A stretch of 64,000 bases of DNA from an uncultured Colwellia sp. (GCA_963933115.1 CAWVSL010000002.1:53531-117530), one strand, 5' to 3'; shown: positions 20,117 to 31,355, counted from the first letter of the stretch. The notes: generated from the sequence alone by a model not told the origin. Translations and numbers: made by a program.

Positions 20117-21154
20117 TTAATTTAACTGCTTTTCTAATGCTTTCACACGTCTATTTAATGTATCCAGCTTTTTAATTCGAGCATTAGTTTTATTCCATTC
20201 TTTGTTGTCTACTACAGGGGTGCCTGAAGAATAAACGCCTGACTTAGTAATAGACTTAGTGACCATTGCCATACCAGTAAAAGTACAGTTGTCAGTCACA
20301 TTAATATGACCATTTATACCAACTAAACCAGCTAGAGTACAATTTGCACCAATAGTAGAACTGCCCGCAATAACACTACATGCTGCAATAGCCGTATTTT
20401 CCCCAATGGTAACATTATGCGCAATTTGTATTTGGTTATCTAAAATAACACCATCACTTATGATCGTATCATCAAGAGCACCTCTATCAATTGTTGTACT
20501 TGCTCCTATCTCAACTCGATCACCAATGATAACCCTACCCAACTGGGGAATTTTAACCCATTGACCTTGATGGCTTGCATAACCAAAGCCATCACTACCA
20601 ATCACAGTGTTGGCTTGTATCAAACACTTTTGGCCAATTTCTACATTATGATAGACACTAACATTTGACCAAAGTGATGTATTGGCACCTATTTTAGCAT
20701 TTTTACCAATAAAACACCCCGCACCTATAGCTACACCATCGCCAAGTACAACACCTGACTCAACGACTGCATTTGCTCCGATAGCAACATTTTTTCCTAA
20801 CGTTACACTTGGGTCTACTACAGCTCGACTGTGAATATTTTTAGCTGTTGCTGGTGTGGAATTTAGTAATTGTGCGACAATTGCGTAACCCATATATGGA
20901 TTAGACATTACTAAAGCGTTGGTCTTGCAATCTACTAGAGAGTTTTCATCTAATATCACGGCGGATGCTTGAGTATCCATCAGTTGGTGTCGGTATTTAC
21001 TGTTTGCTAAAAAGGCAATTTGTCCTGGCTGAGCTGCAATAAGAGTATTGATACTCTGGATAGTAATATTATTATTACTGCCGCTGTAAACGATAGTTGC
21101 ACCAATTTTTTTAGCAATATGTTCTAAAGTATAATTCATAACGATGGATACCAT
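20117..21154 (-). CDS. lpxD: UDP-3-O-acylglucosamine N-acyltransferase
   Basis: 345 aa with hexapeptide repeats and a C-terminal coiled coil (LDTLNRRVKALEKQL). Alternative ATG at 21139 (MNYTLEHIAKKIGA). Confidence 0.95.
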   Translation of the reverse strand: MVSIVMNYTLEHIAKKIGATIVYSGSNNNITIQSINTLIAAQPGQIAFLANSKYRHQLMDTQASAVILDENSLVDCKTNALVMSNPYMGYAIVAQLLNSTPATAKNIHSRAVVDPSVTLGKNVAIGANAVVESGVVLGDGVAIGAGCFIGKNAKIGANTSLWSNVSVYHNVEIGQKCLIQANTVIGSDGFGYASHQGQWVKIPQLGRVIIGDRVEIGASTTIDRGALDDTIISDGVILDNQIQIAHNVTIGENTAIAACSVIAGSSTIGANCTLAGLVGINGHINVTDNCTFTGMAMVTKSITKSGVYSSGTPVVDNKEWNKTNARIKKLDTLNRRVKALEKQLN

Positions 21155-21200
21155 TCAAATTAAAATAAAAGACATGGATAACTGTATTCTACTAGGTTTT

Positions 21201-21242
21201 AAAACTAAAAAAGACGAAAATATTTTTTTAAATATTTTCGTC
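21201..21242 (-). terminator. strong rho-independent terminator between skp and lpxD
   Basis: GACGAAAATATT (21213..21224) pairs perfectly with AATATTTTCGTC (21231..21242), giving a 12-bp stem and 6-nt loop. On the minus strand it is followed by TTTTTTAGTTTT. Confidence 0.8.
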
Positions 21243-21271
21243 TAGTAATTAACCACTAGGGTAATAACAAA

Positions 21272-21790
21272 TTATTTTATTTTGCTAACTTGTTCGATGA
21301 CTTGATCAGTAATGGTAAATTCAGGCTGAACAAATAGTACAGACTTTTGTTCAAGCACGATGTCATATTTACCTTTAGTAGCAATATTATCGACGGCTTG
21401 GCGAACAAGAGCAATAATTTTGTTTTGCTCTTCGCCTTGGCGCTGACCAGCTATCTGCTGAAGCGCTTTACCCTTGACTTGATAATCTTGAAAAAGAGTC
21501 GCTATTTGTTTTTCTAACTCTTCTTTTTCTTTAGGAGCCATTAGAGCACCATCACGTTTTATTTTTTCTTGGTAGTACTTAATGTCTTTTTCAAGTTGAG
21601 TCAAAACCGCTTTATCATCTTTAAATTCAGCTTCGAGGGATTGCATAACAACAGCTGTTTGAGGGATCTTACCCATAACTTCTTGAAAGTTGACTACCGC
21701 AATTTTATTATCTGCTGCTATGGCCGCACTTGCTAATAAAACACTTGAAGCTGCAGTTGTTAGTACAATTGATTTAAAAAACTTTTTCAA
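21272..21790 (-). CDS. skp: periplasmic chaperone Skp (OmpH)
   Basis: 172 aa. Signal peptide ...LLASAAIA|AD, then a lysine/glutamate-rich coiled body. Positioned between bamA and lpxD. Confidence 0.93.
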   Translation of the reverse strand: MKKFFKSIVLTTAASSVLLASAAIAADNKIAVVNFQEVMGKIPQTAVVMQSLEAEFKDDKAVLTQLEKDIKYYQEKIKRDGALMAPKEKEELEKQIATLFQDYQVKGKALQQIAGQRQGEEQNKIIALVRQAVDNIATKGKYDIVLEQKSVLFVQPEFTITDQVIEQVSKIK

Positions 21791-21885
21791 TTTAATCTCC
21801 TAGTAAATATTTTTGAATATTACTCTGTTAGTTATTATGTCTATTCAAAGAAAGTAAGCGTATTACTTTCTTTATTATCTGCTTA

Positions 21886-24372
21886 TTAAAATGTTTGACC
21901 AATATTAAAACTGAAGAAACTCGTGTCATCGCCTACTTCAGATTTTAAGGGTTTAGCAAAACTAAATATCATGGGTCCCATTGGGGATAACCATTGTACC
22001 GATAGACCAGCTGAACTTCGAAAACTTTGTGGACTTCCATAGTTGCCAATTTTACTGAACTCATCCTCTGCTAAATCTTTGTAATCGTCAAGGTTAAATT
22101 CACTATCCCAAACATTACCTGCATCAACAAAAAGACTTGTACGGACGCTATTTGAGAAACCTTCGTCTAAAAAGGGGGTTGGTACAATGAGTTCAAGACC
22201 TGCAAGTGCCATAACATTACCACCAACAGAGCGAGTAGATACTCTTATATAATCATGGTCTGGGCCCAAACAACAACCACCATCACTAAGACTATCAGGG
22301 GTTCCCTCAATAGGAGTGGGATATCGATATATCGCACGAGGACCAACGATGTTTGTCTCAAAACCACGAAGGGTATCAGACCCACCTACACGAAAATTCT
22401 CCCAGAATGGTAATATTTGATCATTACCACTAGTCGTACCATAACCATTACCATATCCAAGATCGAAACGTGCTAACACGGTCCAACTCTGATCTCTGGT
22501 TATTGGAAAGTACCACTTAGAGTTTAAATTGAATTTGAAATACTGCACATCTGAGTTTGGTGTGGTGGCTTTAAAAGAAATACTTTGTTGCGATCCAGCA
22601 CTAGGAAAGGTACCTCGATTTAGTGTAGAACGAGAAATTGAAGTACTTAAATCAATCGTTTCAAAATTTAACGACGCATCTGGACGTAATGTGTCAGAAT
22701 ATATATCATAAAATCCTTGAATTTGCTCATACGTTTCTAAGCGAGTAATGCCATTGTGCTTATAACCTATACCAAAGTTTAACCTCAGATACTCATCAAC
22801 TCTAAAACCAAAGTTTAATCCAATACCATAAGTACTGTTGTTGTACTCAACTAAATTTGCTTGACCAGCATCAAATTCGGTAAAATATATTTGACCGCCT
22901 AACGATGTTGCATCAACAGTGAAATAAGGGTCTGTATAGGAAATACTAACATTTTTTGAATAAGTATTTGTACCTACATTAAAGCCTAGCTGGTTTCCAG
23001 TACCTAAAAAGTTATTTTGTTGAATACCTGCATTTAAACTCAATCCAGTCCTAGAGCCGTATCCTATACCAGCATTGAATGATCCTGAAGGCTGTTCTTT
23101 AACCAAAAACTCAATATCAACCAAATCTTCATCATTAGGTAATTGATTAATTTCAAATTCAACTTCTTCTAAATAAGGTAAGCGGGATAACCATGCCTTT
23201 GAGCCTTCAACAAGACTATTAGACAACCAAGCCCCTTCCATTTGACGGAGTTCACGTCTAAGTACATGATCAGCTGTTGAAAAGTTTCCTTTAAAATTGA
23301 CCTGATTAACATAAATACGCTTACCTGGATCAATAGATATCGAAAGTTTAACCGTATTGTCTTCATCATTAATTTCAGGGATAGTAACTACTTTAGGATA
23401 AGCATAACCATAGCGACCTAAAAACTTACTGATAACATCCTCAGTATAAGTGACTTCAGCACCATTATATAAACGTCCTATTGACAGTGGATTAATAGCA
23501 CGTATTGTTTTTTCAAAACCCGCCATATCGCCAATAAAATCGACTTCATTAACGGTATAGGTTGAACCCTCAGTAACATTTAAAGCGATATAAACTGCTT
23601 CACGATTTGGTGTCATAGATACTTGAGTGCTGTCAATCTTAAAGCGAAGGTAACCTTGATCCAGATAAAAACTATTAATAGTTTCCATATCACCTTGTAA
23701 TGTTTGCTTTTGATATCTGTCTTGGGCCATAAAATCCCACCATGGAGAACCAAAGGTCAACTCTACGCGTTCCAAAATTTCTTCATCTGAAAAAATTTCA
23801 TTACCAACTATATTAATTTGTTCAATCGCAGCTGCGTCACCTTCAACAAAGGTGAAGTTTAGTGTTACACGGTTTCTTGGCAAATGAACAATTTCGGCTT
23901 TAACCTTAGCGTTATATTTACCCACACTGTGATAAAAATCTTCCAAGCCCATTTCAATGCCTGAAATGACAGTTTTATCAAGGGTCTCACCAATACGGAT
24001 ATTACTACCATCAAGGCTTTCTGTGAGCTGTTCATCCTTTAAATCGCTATTACCATCAAAAGTAATATCACTAATCGTTTCGCGTTCACGAACCACAAAA
24101 ATCAAGCGGTTATTATCTTGATAGACATTAATATCATTAAAATGTCCGGACTTATATAAGGCTTTTATTGACTGGGATATTCGGAAATCATTCAATGTAT
24201 CTCCTACATTAAATGGCAGATGGGTTAAAGCGGCACCTAAAGCAACACGTTGGAGCCCTTTAATTTCAATATCGTCAACTCGGAAGTCTTCGGTAGCGTG
24301 CGCAGTGCTAACTAGAGCAGCCAATAAAATGGCTGAGGCAATTTTTTTAATTATCATAAATACTAACTTCAT
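21886..24372 (-). CDS. bamA: outer membrane protein assembly factor BamA
   Basis: 828 aa with POTRA repeats (FRVDDIEIKGLQRV...) and a C-terminal barrel ending FNIGQTF. Alternative ATG at 24357 (MIIKKIASAILLAALVSTAHA signal). Confidence 0.97.
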   Translation of the reverse strand: MKLVFMIIKKIASAILLAALVSTAHATEDFRVDDIEIKGLQRVALGAALTHLPFNVGDTLNDFRISQSIKALYKSGHFNDINVYQDNNRLIFVVRERETISDITFDGNSDLKDEQLTESLDGSNIRIGETLDKTVISGIEMGLEDFYHSVGKYNAKVKAEIVHLPRNRVTLNFTFVEGDAAAIEQINIVGNEIFSDEEILERVELTFGSPWWDFMAQDRYQKQTLQGDMETINSFYLDQGYLRFKIDSTQVSMTPNREAVYIALNVTEGSTYTVNEVDFIGDMAGFEKTIRAINPLSIGRLYNGAEVTYTEDVISKFLGRYGYAYPKVVTIPEINDEDNTVKLSISIDPGKRIYVNQVNFKGNFSTADHVLRRELRQMEGAWLSNSLVEGSKAWLSRLPYLEEVEFEINQLPNDEDLVDIEFLVKEQPSGSFNAGIGYGSRTGLSLNAGIQQNNFLGTGNQLGFNVGTNTYSKNVSISYTDPYFTVDATSLGGQIYFTEFDAGQANLVEYNNSTYGIGLNFGFRVDEYLRLNFGIGYKHNGITRLETYEQIQGFYDIYSDTLRPDASLNFETIDLSTSISRSTLNRGTFPSAGSQQSISFKATTPNSDVQYFKFNLNSKWYFPITRDQSWTVLARFDLGYGNGYGTTSGNDQILPFWENFRVGGSDTLRGFETNIVGPRAIYRYPTPIEGTPDSLSDGGCCLGPDHDYIRVSTRSVGGNVMALAGLELIVPTPFLDEGFSNSVRTSLFVDAGNVWDSEFNLDDYKDLAEDEFSKIGNYGSPQSFRSSAGLSVQWLSPMGPMIFSFAKPLKSEVGDDTSFFSFNIGQTF

Positions 24373-24502
24373 TACTTCTATATATTATTTATTATTTACA
24401 AACTAAGTTCATCTTTAAACTTAGTAATATTGTTATTACTTTCATATAAGCCAATAACATTAAACCAAACAATCTCTGTACTTTATCCGTGTATTATTTA
24501 AT

Positions 24503-25858
24503 CTACAGCCGAGAAAAATCGTTAAACAATGCAATACTCATTAAACCTAATAAGGCTATAGCTCCAAATTTAAAACCTATTTCTTGTACTTTTTCGGGTA
24601 CGGGCTTTCCTGTTAACAACTCAATAAAATAGTAAAGTAAATGTCCCCCATCAAGAACAGGAAGCGGTAATAAATTAATTATACCTAAATTGATACTAAT
24701 TAAAGCCAAAAAGCCTAGAAAATATACGAGTCCATAACCAGCACTGTTACCTGCTCCTTGCGCTATTGCTATTGGTCCACTTAAATTTTTAGTTGATATC
24801 TCTCCTGTAATCAACTTTCCTATCATATTAAAACTTAACGTAACTAAATTCCATGTTCTATTAATACTTTGTCCTATAGCATCAATAGGCCCATAGGCTA
24901 ATTCTATTTGATGTTCAGCTGGCCAAGGTTCAAATTTTGGTGATACGCCCAAATAACCAATCAATTGCTCATTGGCTTCTATCCCTTTTGGGGTTACCAC
25001 AAGTGTTTCTATCACACCTTTTCTATCAATAGTTATTTTAACCTCACGGTTTGGAAATAATTTAATTTTATCTGAAAAAAACACCCAAGAGTTATTAATA
25101 TCTTCATCATTAATCGTTAATAACTTATCGCCAATTTGAAGACCCGCTATGTCGGCAGGACTATTGGGTTCAACACGCGTTAATTCACTAAGTGCATGAG
25201 GACGAAAAGGCATAATACCTAAGCTTGTTAATGCTGACATTTTTTCAGGTGAAAATTGCCAGTTTTGAGTATTTAATTGGGTCGTTGTTATATATTGGCT
25301 ATCTGACGTTAGCGTTTTAAATTCAATACTGTCATCACCAATTTTCCCTACTAATGCCAAATTAACATCTTGCCAAGTAGATGTTTTAATACCTGCAACT
25401 TCAACTATTTCAGCATTACGTGGGAGTTGAACATCACTCGCAATGGAATTTGGCTCTATACTCCCAATAATGGGTTTTAAGCTAGGGACTCCAATAATAA
25501 ACATCAGATAAAAGGCGAAAATTGCAAAACCAAAATTAGCAAAGGGTCCGGCAGCAATAATAGCAATACGTTGATAAACAGATTTTATATTAAAAGTCTT
25601 TTCTTTATCTTGCTCATCGACTAAGTCGACGCGTTCATCAAGCATTCTAACATAGCCACCTAATGGTATAAGTGCAACAACATACTCAGTTCCTAATTTA
25701 TCTGTTCTGCGCCATAAAGCGGGTCCAAAGCCTACAGAGAAACGGATTACTTTCACATTGTTTTTTCGTGCCACCCAGAAATGACCATACTCATGCACGG
25801 TAACAAGGATACCTAATGCAACAATAAACGAAGCTAAATTCCAAATAAAGTCAACCAT
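24503..25858 (-). CDS. rseP: sigma-E protease RseP (site-2 zinc metalloprotease)
   Basis: HEYGHFWVAR zinc motif at the N-terminus, two PDZ-like segments, and C-terminal NLLPLPVLDGGHLL. The start lies 1 nt after the dxr stop. Confidence 0.96.
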   Translation of the reverse strand: MVDFIWNLASFIVALGILVTVHEYGHFWVARKNNVKVIRFSVGFGPALWRRTDKLGTEYVVALIPLGGYVRMLDERVDLVDEQDKEKTFNIKSVYQRIAIIAAGPFANFGFAIFAFYLMFIIGVPSLKPIIGSIEPNSIASDVQLPRNAEIVEVAGIKTSTWQDVNLALVGKIGDDSIEFKTLTSDSQYITTTQLNTQNWQFSPEKMSALTSLGIMPFRPHALSELTRVEPNSPADIAGLQIGDKLLTINDEDINNSWVFFSDKIKLFPNREVKITIDRKGVIETLVVTPKGIEANEQLIGYLGVSPKFEPWPAEHQIELAYGPIDAIGQSINRTWNLVTLSFNMIGKLITGEISTKNLSGPIAIAQGAGNSAGYGLVYFLGFLALISINLGIINLLPLPVLDGGHLLYYFIELLTGKPVPEKVQEIGFKFGAIALLGLMSIALFNDFSRL

Positions 25859-25859
25859 A

Positions 25860-27125
25860 TTACTTATTCACTCCAGCATTTAAAAATTCATTAGAAAATT
25901 CATTAGTCATTAATAATGAATGTGCAAATTCTCGAGCTCTCTTGTCTAAAGTAACGACGTCATCAATGTCTTTCACCTCTTGTGAGACAAATTTATTAAC
26001 AGAAGTTTCATTTATTTTAAAAATATCAGTGAATTTTATTTTTTTGTTCAAAAAGGCATCAACAGCAATTTCATTGGCAGCGTTTAATGCTGTACACGCC
26101 CCTTGACCACTTTTACAGGCTTCTATTGCTAGTTTTAAATTGGGATAACGATTAAAGTCAACTTTTTCAAATTCAAAGGCAGCAGCATTAAAAAAGTCGA
26201 ATGGTTTTACACCAGACTCGATACGGAAAGGAAATGCTAATGCTTGAGCTATGGGCGTTCTCATATCAGGATTACCCATCTGGGCTATAACAGAGCCGTC
26301 CTTATATTGCACCATAGAATGAATTGTACTTTGTGGGTGAAGTACTACTTGAATGTCATCAACATCTAGATTGAAGAGCCATTTAGCTTCTATAAATTCT
26401 AAACCCTTATTCATCATAGTGGCTGAGTCGACTGATATTTTCCTACCCATCTCCCAATTGGGATGTGCGCAGGCTTGGTCTGGGGTTACGTATTCTAATT
26501 CATTAGGTTCAAGTGTTCTAAAAGGCCCGCCTGAACCCGTCAACAATATTTTACTAATACCATTGCCAGCCAAGTTTTGTGTACTGATATTTTTCTGTGC
26601 TTGTGTTGGTAGGCATTGAAAAATAGCGTTATGTTCACTATCAATTGGAAGTAATTCGGCACCGTATTGAGCAACAGCATCAATAAATATACGACCCGAA
26701 GTAACTAAAGCTTCCTTATTAGCTAAGAGCACACGTTTTCCAGCTTTTACTGCCGATAATGTCGGTAATAAACCACAAGAACCGACAATGGCTGCCATTA
26801 CTACATCTGTTGAAGAAGAACCTGCTATTTCAATTAAGCTGTCTTCACCATGAAGCACTTCAATATTGAGCGAGTGCTCAATTAATCGTTGTTGTAGTTT
26901 CAAGGCATGAATTTTTGATACCATCACAACTTGCTTAGGACTAAATTCAAGACATTGCTCAAGCATAATATCAACGCTAGTATTTGCTGATAAGCTATGA
27001 ATGATATACATATCTCGATGTAATCGCACAACATCTAACGTACTTTTTCCTATAGAGCCCGTGGAGCCTAAAATACAAAGTTTTTTAATGTCTGCTGTCG
27101 ATATATTACGTTTAGAAGTCAACAC
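25860..27125 (-). CDS. dxr: 1-deoxy-D-xylulose 5-phosphate reductoisomerase
   Basis: ILGSTGSIGKSTLDV NADPH-binding motif, LANKEALV, DSEHNAIFQCL. The track start is GTG (27125) and TTG at 27122 is also possible. Slightly longer than the E. coli enzyme at both ends. Confidence 0.95.
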   Translation of the reverse strand: MLTSKRNISTADIKKLCILGSTGSIGKSTLDVVRLHRDMYIIHSLSANTSVDIMLEQCLEFSPKQVVMVSKIHALKLQQRLIEHSLNIEVLHGEDSLIEIAGSSSTDVVMAAIVGSCGLLPTLSAVKAGKRVLLANKEALVTSGRIFIDAVAQYGAELLPIDSEHNAIFQCLPTQAQKNISTQNLAGNGISKILLTGSGGPFRTLEPNELEYVTPDQACAHPNWEMGRKISVDSATMMNKGLEFIEAKWLFNLDVDDIQVVLHPQSTIHSMVQYKDGSVIAQMGNPDMRTPIAQALAFPFRIESGVKPFDFFNAAAFEFEKVDFNRYPNLKLAIEACKSGQGACTALNAANEIAVDAFLNKKIKFTDIFKINETSVNKFVSQEVKDIDDVVTLDKRAREFAHSLLMTNEFSNEFLNAGVNK

Positions 27126-27131
27126 TTATGA

Positions 27132-28013
27132 TTAACCAATCGAAATATAACAAAGAGCATAAATAGGAGCTGTTGCCGTTAAACTATCAATACGGTCAAG
27201 AATACCACCGTGCCCGGGTAAAATAGTACCACTGTCTTTAACTCCAGCTTGGCGTTTAAACATACTTTCGTTTAAATCACCTAACACAGAAATGGTCGTT
27301 ATAAGTGCTGTCACAGATAAAACCATAGTGAATTTTTGACTATCCCAACCGATAACATAACCTGCAATACTAATGAGAAGACAAGCAAAAACAACGCCAC
27401 CAATAAAACCTTCAATAGTTTTACCTGGGCTTACATTAGGTAATAATTTATGTTTTCCTATAGCTTTACCGACAAAATAGGCACCAACATCAGCACTCCA
27501 AACCATGAGAAATAAAAACATAATAAGTTGTGCGCCATGGTAGGGATTGACATCAAAGTCATAACTTCTTAAAACAACAAAAGCAAGCCAGGTCGGGACT
27601 AAAGTTAACCAACCAAATACACCACGAATAGAGCGATGACTAGACCAAAACTTACTGTATCGGGGATATAATAAAGTCAGACCTGCAGATAAAACCCACC
27701 ACACAACAGCAAGCCATAAAATAAGAGTAACTGTAGAGTGAGGTAAAACTGAAGTGTCAACTTCACCGGTATTTAACCAAATATTATTGAGCGTGATAAA
27801 GTACCATAGTAATCCTATCAGTAGACTGGTAGCCGCTACGAAAGTCATTCGGCGCTTGTTACAGGCAAAACCCATTAATGGGCCCCATTCCCAGGCTCCG
27901 ATTGCCATAATAACTAACAACGATCCGGCAAAGTAATTAAGCGGTAGATAAAAAATGCCCGCAATTACTGTCGGGGCTAATATTACTGCAGTTAAAATTC
28001 GTTGCTTTAACAA
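27132..28013 (-). CDS. cdsA: phosphatidate cytidylyltransferase
   Basis: Track ORF 27132..28115 overlaps uppS by 59 nt. I prefer TTG at 28013 (M-LKQRILTAVILAP, the canonical CdsA N-terminus), preceded by AAGGA 6 nt upstream. The extra upstream codons translate AT-rich spacer (QIYNNNNKIKKG). C-terminal FKRQAGVKDSGTILPGHGGILDRIDS signature. Confidence 0.9.
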   Translation of the reverse strand: MLKQRILTAVILAPTVIAGIFYLPLNYFAGSLLVIMAIGAWEWGPLMGFACNKRRMTFVAATSLLIGLLWYFITLNNIWLNTGEVDTSVLPHSTVTLILWLAVVWWVLSAGLTLLYPRYSKFWSSHRSIRGVFGWLTLVPTWLAFVVLRSYDFDVNPYHGAQLIMFLFLMVWSADVGAYFVGKAIGKHKLLPNVSPGKTIEGFIGGVVFACLLISIAGYVIGWDSQKFTMVLSVTALITTISVLGDLNESMFKRQAGVKDSGTILPGHGGILDRIDSLTATAPIYALCYISIG

Positions 28014-28056
28014 GCTAGATCCTTTTTTTATTTTATTATTATTATTATATATCTGC

Positions 28057-28812
28057 TTAGAATTTTGATATAACCTGTTCAGCAGTTTGACCATAGCGGC
28101 GCTGTCGTTGTTCAAAATTCTCGATAGCTTTAACTAATTGATTAGCGTCAAAGTCAGGCCACAAAACATCAGTAAAATAAAGTTCTGCGTAAGCGGCTTG
28201 CCAAAGTAAAAAATTACTTATGCGGTAATCGCCTCCTGTTCTTATCAGCAAATCAAGTTCAGGCGTATCGGCTAAGCAAAGATGTTTGTTTAATAACTCT
28301 TCATTAATGTCTTCTAACGACATTTCATTTGTTTTTACTTTAGCAGCTAACTGCTTAGTTGCTTGAACTATATCCCAACGGGCCCCATAATTTGCGGCAA
28401 CCGACAATACCATACCTGTATTATTTTCAGTTAGCTTTTCTGAAACTATAATTTTTTGTTGTAATTTTTCTGAAAAACGGCTGACATCACCAATCACTTT
28501 AAATCGGATACCATTTTTATGTAATCGTTTAACTTCCTTAGTTAACACATACATAAATAAATCCATTAACACATTGACTTCATCCTTAGGACGTTGCCAA
28601 TTTTCACTACTAAAAGCAAATAAAGTCAGTGCTTTAATACCTAATTCTGCGGCATGTGTAACAGTCGCCTTGACTGACGAAACACCCGCTTTATGTCCAG
28701 ATACCCGTGTTTTTCCCTGTGATTGCGCCCAACGGCCATTACCATCCATAATAATAGCAACATGCTTAGGTATCACCTTTTGGGTATTGCTAACCAATTC
28801 GGTATTACTCAC
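28057..28812 (-). CDS. uppS: ditrans,polycis-undecaprenyl-diphosphate synthase
   Basis: [13 protein letters not shown] and [11 protein letters not shown] motifs. GTG start with GGAG 6 nt upstream. Confidence 0.96.
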   Translation of the reverse strand: MSNTELVSNTQKVIPKHVAIIMDGNGRWAQSQGKTRVSGHKAGVSSVKATVTHAAELGIKALTLFAFSSENWQRPKDEVNVLMDLFMYVLTKEVKRLHKNGIRFKVIGDVSRFSEKLQQKIIVSEKLTENNTGMVLSVAANYGARWDIVQATKQLAAKVKTNEMSLEDINEELLNKHLCLADTPELDLLIRTGGDYRISNFLLWQAAYAELYFTDVLWPDFDANQLVKAIENFEQRQRRYGQTAEQVISKF

Positions 28813-28931
28813 TTAAACTCCATTTATAAAATATCGAATAAAAAACACAAAAATTATCATAATTATTTGTATATATTTCATATAACAACATAGCATTGAA
28901 CTACAGTGATCTTAACAATTCAATGAATAAT

Positions 28932-29489
28932 TTAGATTTCCATCAAATCAACTTCTTTCTTGGCTAATAATTCATCAACCTGCTTGATAAATGTGTCAGT
29001 AGTTTTTTGAATTTTGTCTTCAGCCTGATGCATTTCATCTTCACTGATCTCTTTTTCTTTCTCTAGACCTTTAATGTCTGAATTAGCATCACGGCGAATA
29101 TTACGAATAGCCACCTTTGCAGCTTCAGCTTCACCACGCACAACTTTGACTAAATCTTTACGTCTCTCCTCTGTGAGAGGTGGCAGAGGGATACGAATTA
29201 ATGTCCCGTTTGATTGGGGGTTCAAACCTAAGTCTGACTTTAGAATTGCTTTTTCAACAGCACTGATCATGCCTTTATCAAAAACAGTAATAGCTAAGCT
29301 ACGTGCATCAGGTACAGAAATATTACCTACTTGATTTAACGGTGTTTCCATTCCGTAATAATCGACTGAAATATTATCAAGTAATGAGGCATGTGCTCGG
29401 CCTGTTCTGACTTTATTAAGACTCAACTTAAAAGACTCAATACTTTTACCCATACGATATTGGGCATCTTCTATGATTTCGTTTATCAC
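28932..29489 (-). CDS. frr: ribosome recycling factor
   Basis: 185 aa. [21 protein letters not shown]...[10 protein letters not shown] is typical Frr. Confidence 0.97.
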   Translation of the reverse strand: MINEIIEDAQYRMGKSIESFKLSLNKVRTGRAHASLLDNISVDYYGMETPLNQVGNISVPDARSLAITVFDKGMISAVEKAILKSDLGLNPQSNGTLIRIPLPPLTEERRKDLVKVVRGEAEAAKVAIRNIRRDANSDIKGLEKEKEISEDEMHQAEDKIQKTTDTFIKQVDELLAKKEVDLMEI

Positions 29490-29571
29490 AAGTGTATTCC
29501 TTAAAAAGATAAATTAACGAGAGTATTATTATATTTTCTCTTATAACTATCGCATAAAATTGGGGGGTTAT

Positions 29572-30309
29572 TTAAAAATTTACAGCGTGATCTATCGTGG
29601 TCCCTTCATCAGAACCCATAATAACTGCTTTTAATGCACCTGATTTATTCATATTAAAAACACGAATGGGCATATTATGATCACGGGCTAAAGTAAAGGC
29701 AGCAAGGTCCATTACTTGAAGTTCTTTATCTAAGACTTCGTCATAAGTTAAATTTTTATAAAGAACGGCTTCAGGATTTTTAACCGGGTCTTCTGAATAA
29801 ATCCCATCAACTTTAGTTGCCTTAAATACAGCATCGGCTTCAATTTCAATACCACGTAAGCAAGCGGCTGAGTCTGTAGTAAAGAATGGGTTACCAGTAC
29901 CCGCAGCAAAAATAACAACTCGTCCAGATTTCAACAAACTTATAGCCTGTGCCCAGTTATAAGTATCACAAACACCCGCTAAATCAATAGCAGACATTAA
30001 ACGGGTATTAACAAAAGCACGGTGCAACGCATCGCGCATCGCTAAACCATTCATCACAGTGGCTAACATGCCCATTTGATCACCAACAACACGGTTCATA
30101 CCGGCATCAGCCAACCCTTTACCACGAAATAAATTACCACCACCGATCACTAAACCGACTTGAATACCCATTTCAATTAATTCTTTAATTTCTTGCGCCA
30201 TACGATCAAGAATTTTAGGATCAATACCAAAGCCCTCTTCTCCCATTAGCGCTTCACCACTAAGCTTGAGAAGAATGCGGCGATAAGTTGGTTTCAGATT
30301 GGTGCTCAT
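29572..30309 (-). CDS. pyrH: UMP kinase
   Basis: 245 aa. [13 protein letters not shown] and [10 protein letters not shown] motifs. Confidence 0.97.
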   Translation of the reverse strand: MSTNLKPTYRRILLKLSGEALMGEEGFGIDPKILDRMAQEIKELIEMGIQVGLVIGGGNLFRGKGLADAGMNRVVGDQMGMLATVMNGLAMRDALHRAFVNTRLMSAIDLAGVCDTYNWAQAISLLKSGRVVIFAAGTGNPFFTTDSAACLRGIEIEADAVFKATKVDGIYSEDPVKNPEAVLYKNLTYDEVLDKELQVMDLAAFTLARDHNMPIRVFNMNKSGALKAVIMGSDEGTTIDHAVNF

Positions 30310-30362
30310 AATATAAACATTCCTAGCGTGTTAGAAAAATGCCTGAAAAATAAATTCAAGGC

Positions 30363-30397
30363 AAAAAAATAGCCGTGATCAAATTTGACCTCGACTA
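30363..30397 (-). terminator. rho-independent terminator downstream of tsf
   Basis: On the minus-strand RNA, TAGTCGAGGTC pairs with GATCACGGCTA (8 WC pairs, 2 G-U, 1 mismatch) and is followed by TTTTTTT. The plus-strand version pairs worse, so the hairpin is strand-specific. Confidence 0.55.
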
Positions 30398-30482
30398 TTT
30401 TAATACGTTTAGCTGACTATCGAAAGGCTTATAGTTAATTAATATTAACTATATGCTAAATATATTTCAATTAAGACAGTGA

Positions 30483-31355
30483 TTAAGCTTTAGTCGCAGC
30501 AATAGTTGCTTCAACTTCAGCAGCAAAATCTTCTGCTTTTTTCTCAATCCCTTCACCTACTTCTAAACGGATGAAGTTAGAAACAGTTAGACCTTTTTCT
30601 TTTAATACAACACCAACTGTCTTCTTTGGTTCCATAATAAAAGGTTGGCCAGTTAAAGAAACTTCACCGGTGAATTTTTTCATACGGCCGATAATGATTT
30701 TTTCAAGTAACTCTACTGGTTTCTTTTTGGCATCATCAAGCTTATCGTTTTCAATCTTCAATATATCTAATTGGATAGATTTTTCTTTATTAACTACTTC
30801 AGCAGGTACATCTTCAGGATTAATAAAGTCTGGCTTACTTGCTGCTACGTGCATAGCAATATGCTTTAATGATTCAGCATCACCTTCACCAGCAACAACG
30901 ACACCAATACTCTCACCATGACGGTAAGTAGCTAAGGTAACACCTTCAATATATTCAACACGACGTACATTGATGTTTTCACCAATTTTAGTCACTAAAG
31001 TGATACGTTTTTCTTCGAACTGTGCTTGCAAGTCTTCAAGAGTGGCTTTTGAAGTAACTGCAGCATCAGCAACTTCATTGGCAAACGCTAAAAAGCCAGC
31101 ATCTTTTGCTACAAAATCAGTTTGACAGTTTACTTCAACTAACGCAGCTGAACCACCAACTTCTTTAATTAAAATAGTACCTTCAGCTGCAATATTACCT
31201 GCTTTTTTAGCTGCTTTCGCTTGACCTGATTTACGCATGTTTTCAATAGCTAATTCCATATCACCATCAGCTTCAACTAACGCTTTTTTACAATCCATCA
31301 TACCCGCAGCGGTGCGTGCACGAAGTTCTTTAACCATTGCAGCAGTAACTGACAT
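30483..31355 (-). CDS. tsf: translation elongation factor Ts
   Basis: The track ORF starts at TTG 31370, but those codons (TTGAGGAAT) contain the Shine-Dalgarno GAGGAA for the ATG at 31355 ([26 protein letters not shown], canonical EF-Ts start). Confidence 0.96.
   Translation of the reverse strand: MSVTAAMVKELRARTAAGMMDCKKALVEADGDMELAIENMRKSGQAKAAKKAGNIAAEGTILIKEVGGSAALVEVNCQTDFVAKDAGFLAFANEVADAAVTSKATLEDLQAQFEEKRITLVTKIGENINVRRVEYIEGVTLATYRHGESIGVVVAGEGDAESLKHIAMHVAASKPDFINPEDVPAEVVNKEKSIQLDILKIENDKLDDAKKKPVELLEKIIIGRMKKFTGEVSLTGQPFIMEPKKTVGVVLKEKGLTVSNFIRLEVGEGIEKKAEDFAAEVEATIAATKA

Noticed and set aside
28014-28115. N-terminal 34 codons of the longest cdsA ORF, overlapping uppS.
   Set aside because: It translates an AT-rich spacer (NNNNKIKK). 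The canonical CdsA N-terminus begins at TTG 28013, which has a good SD.
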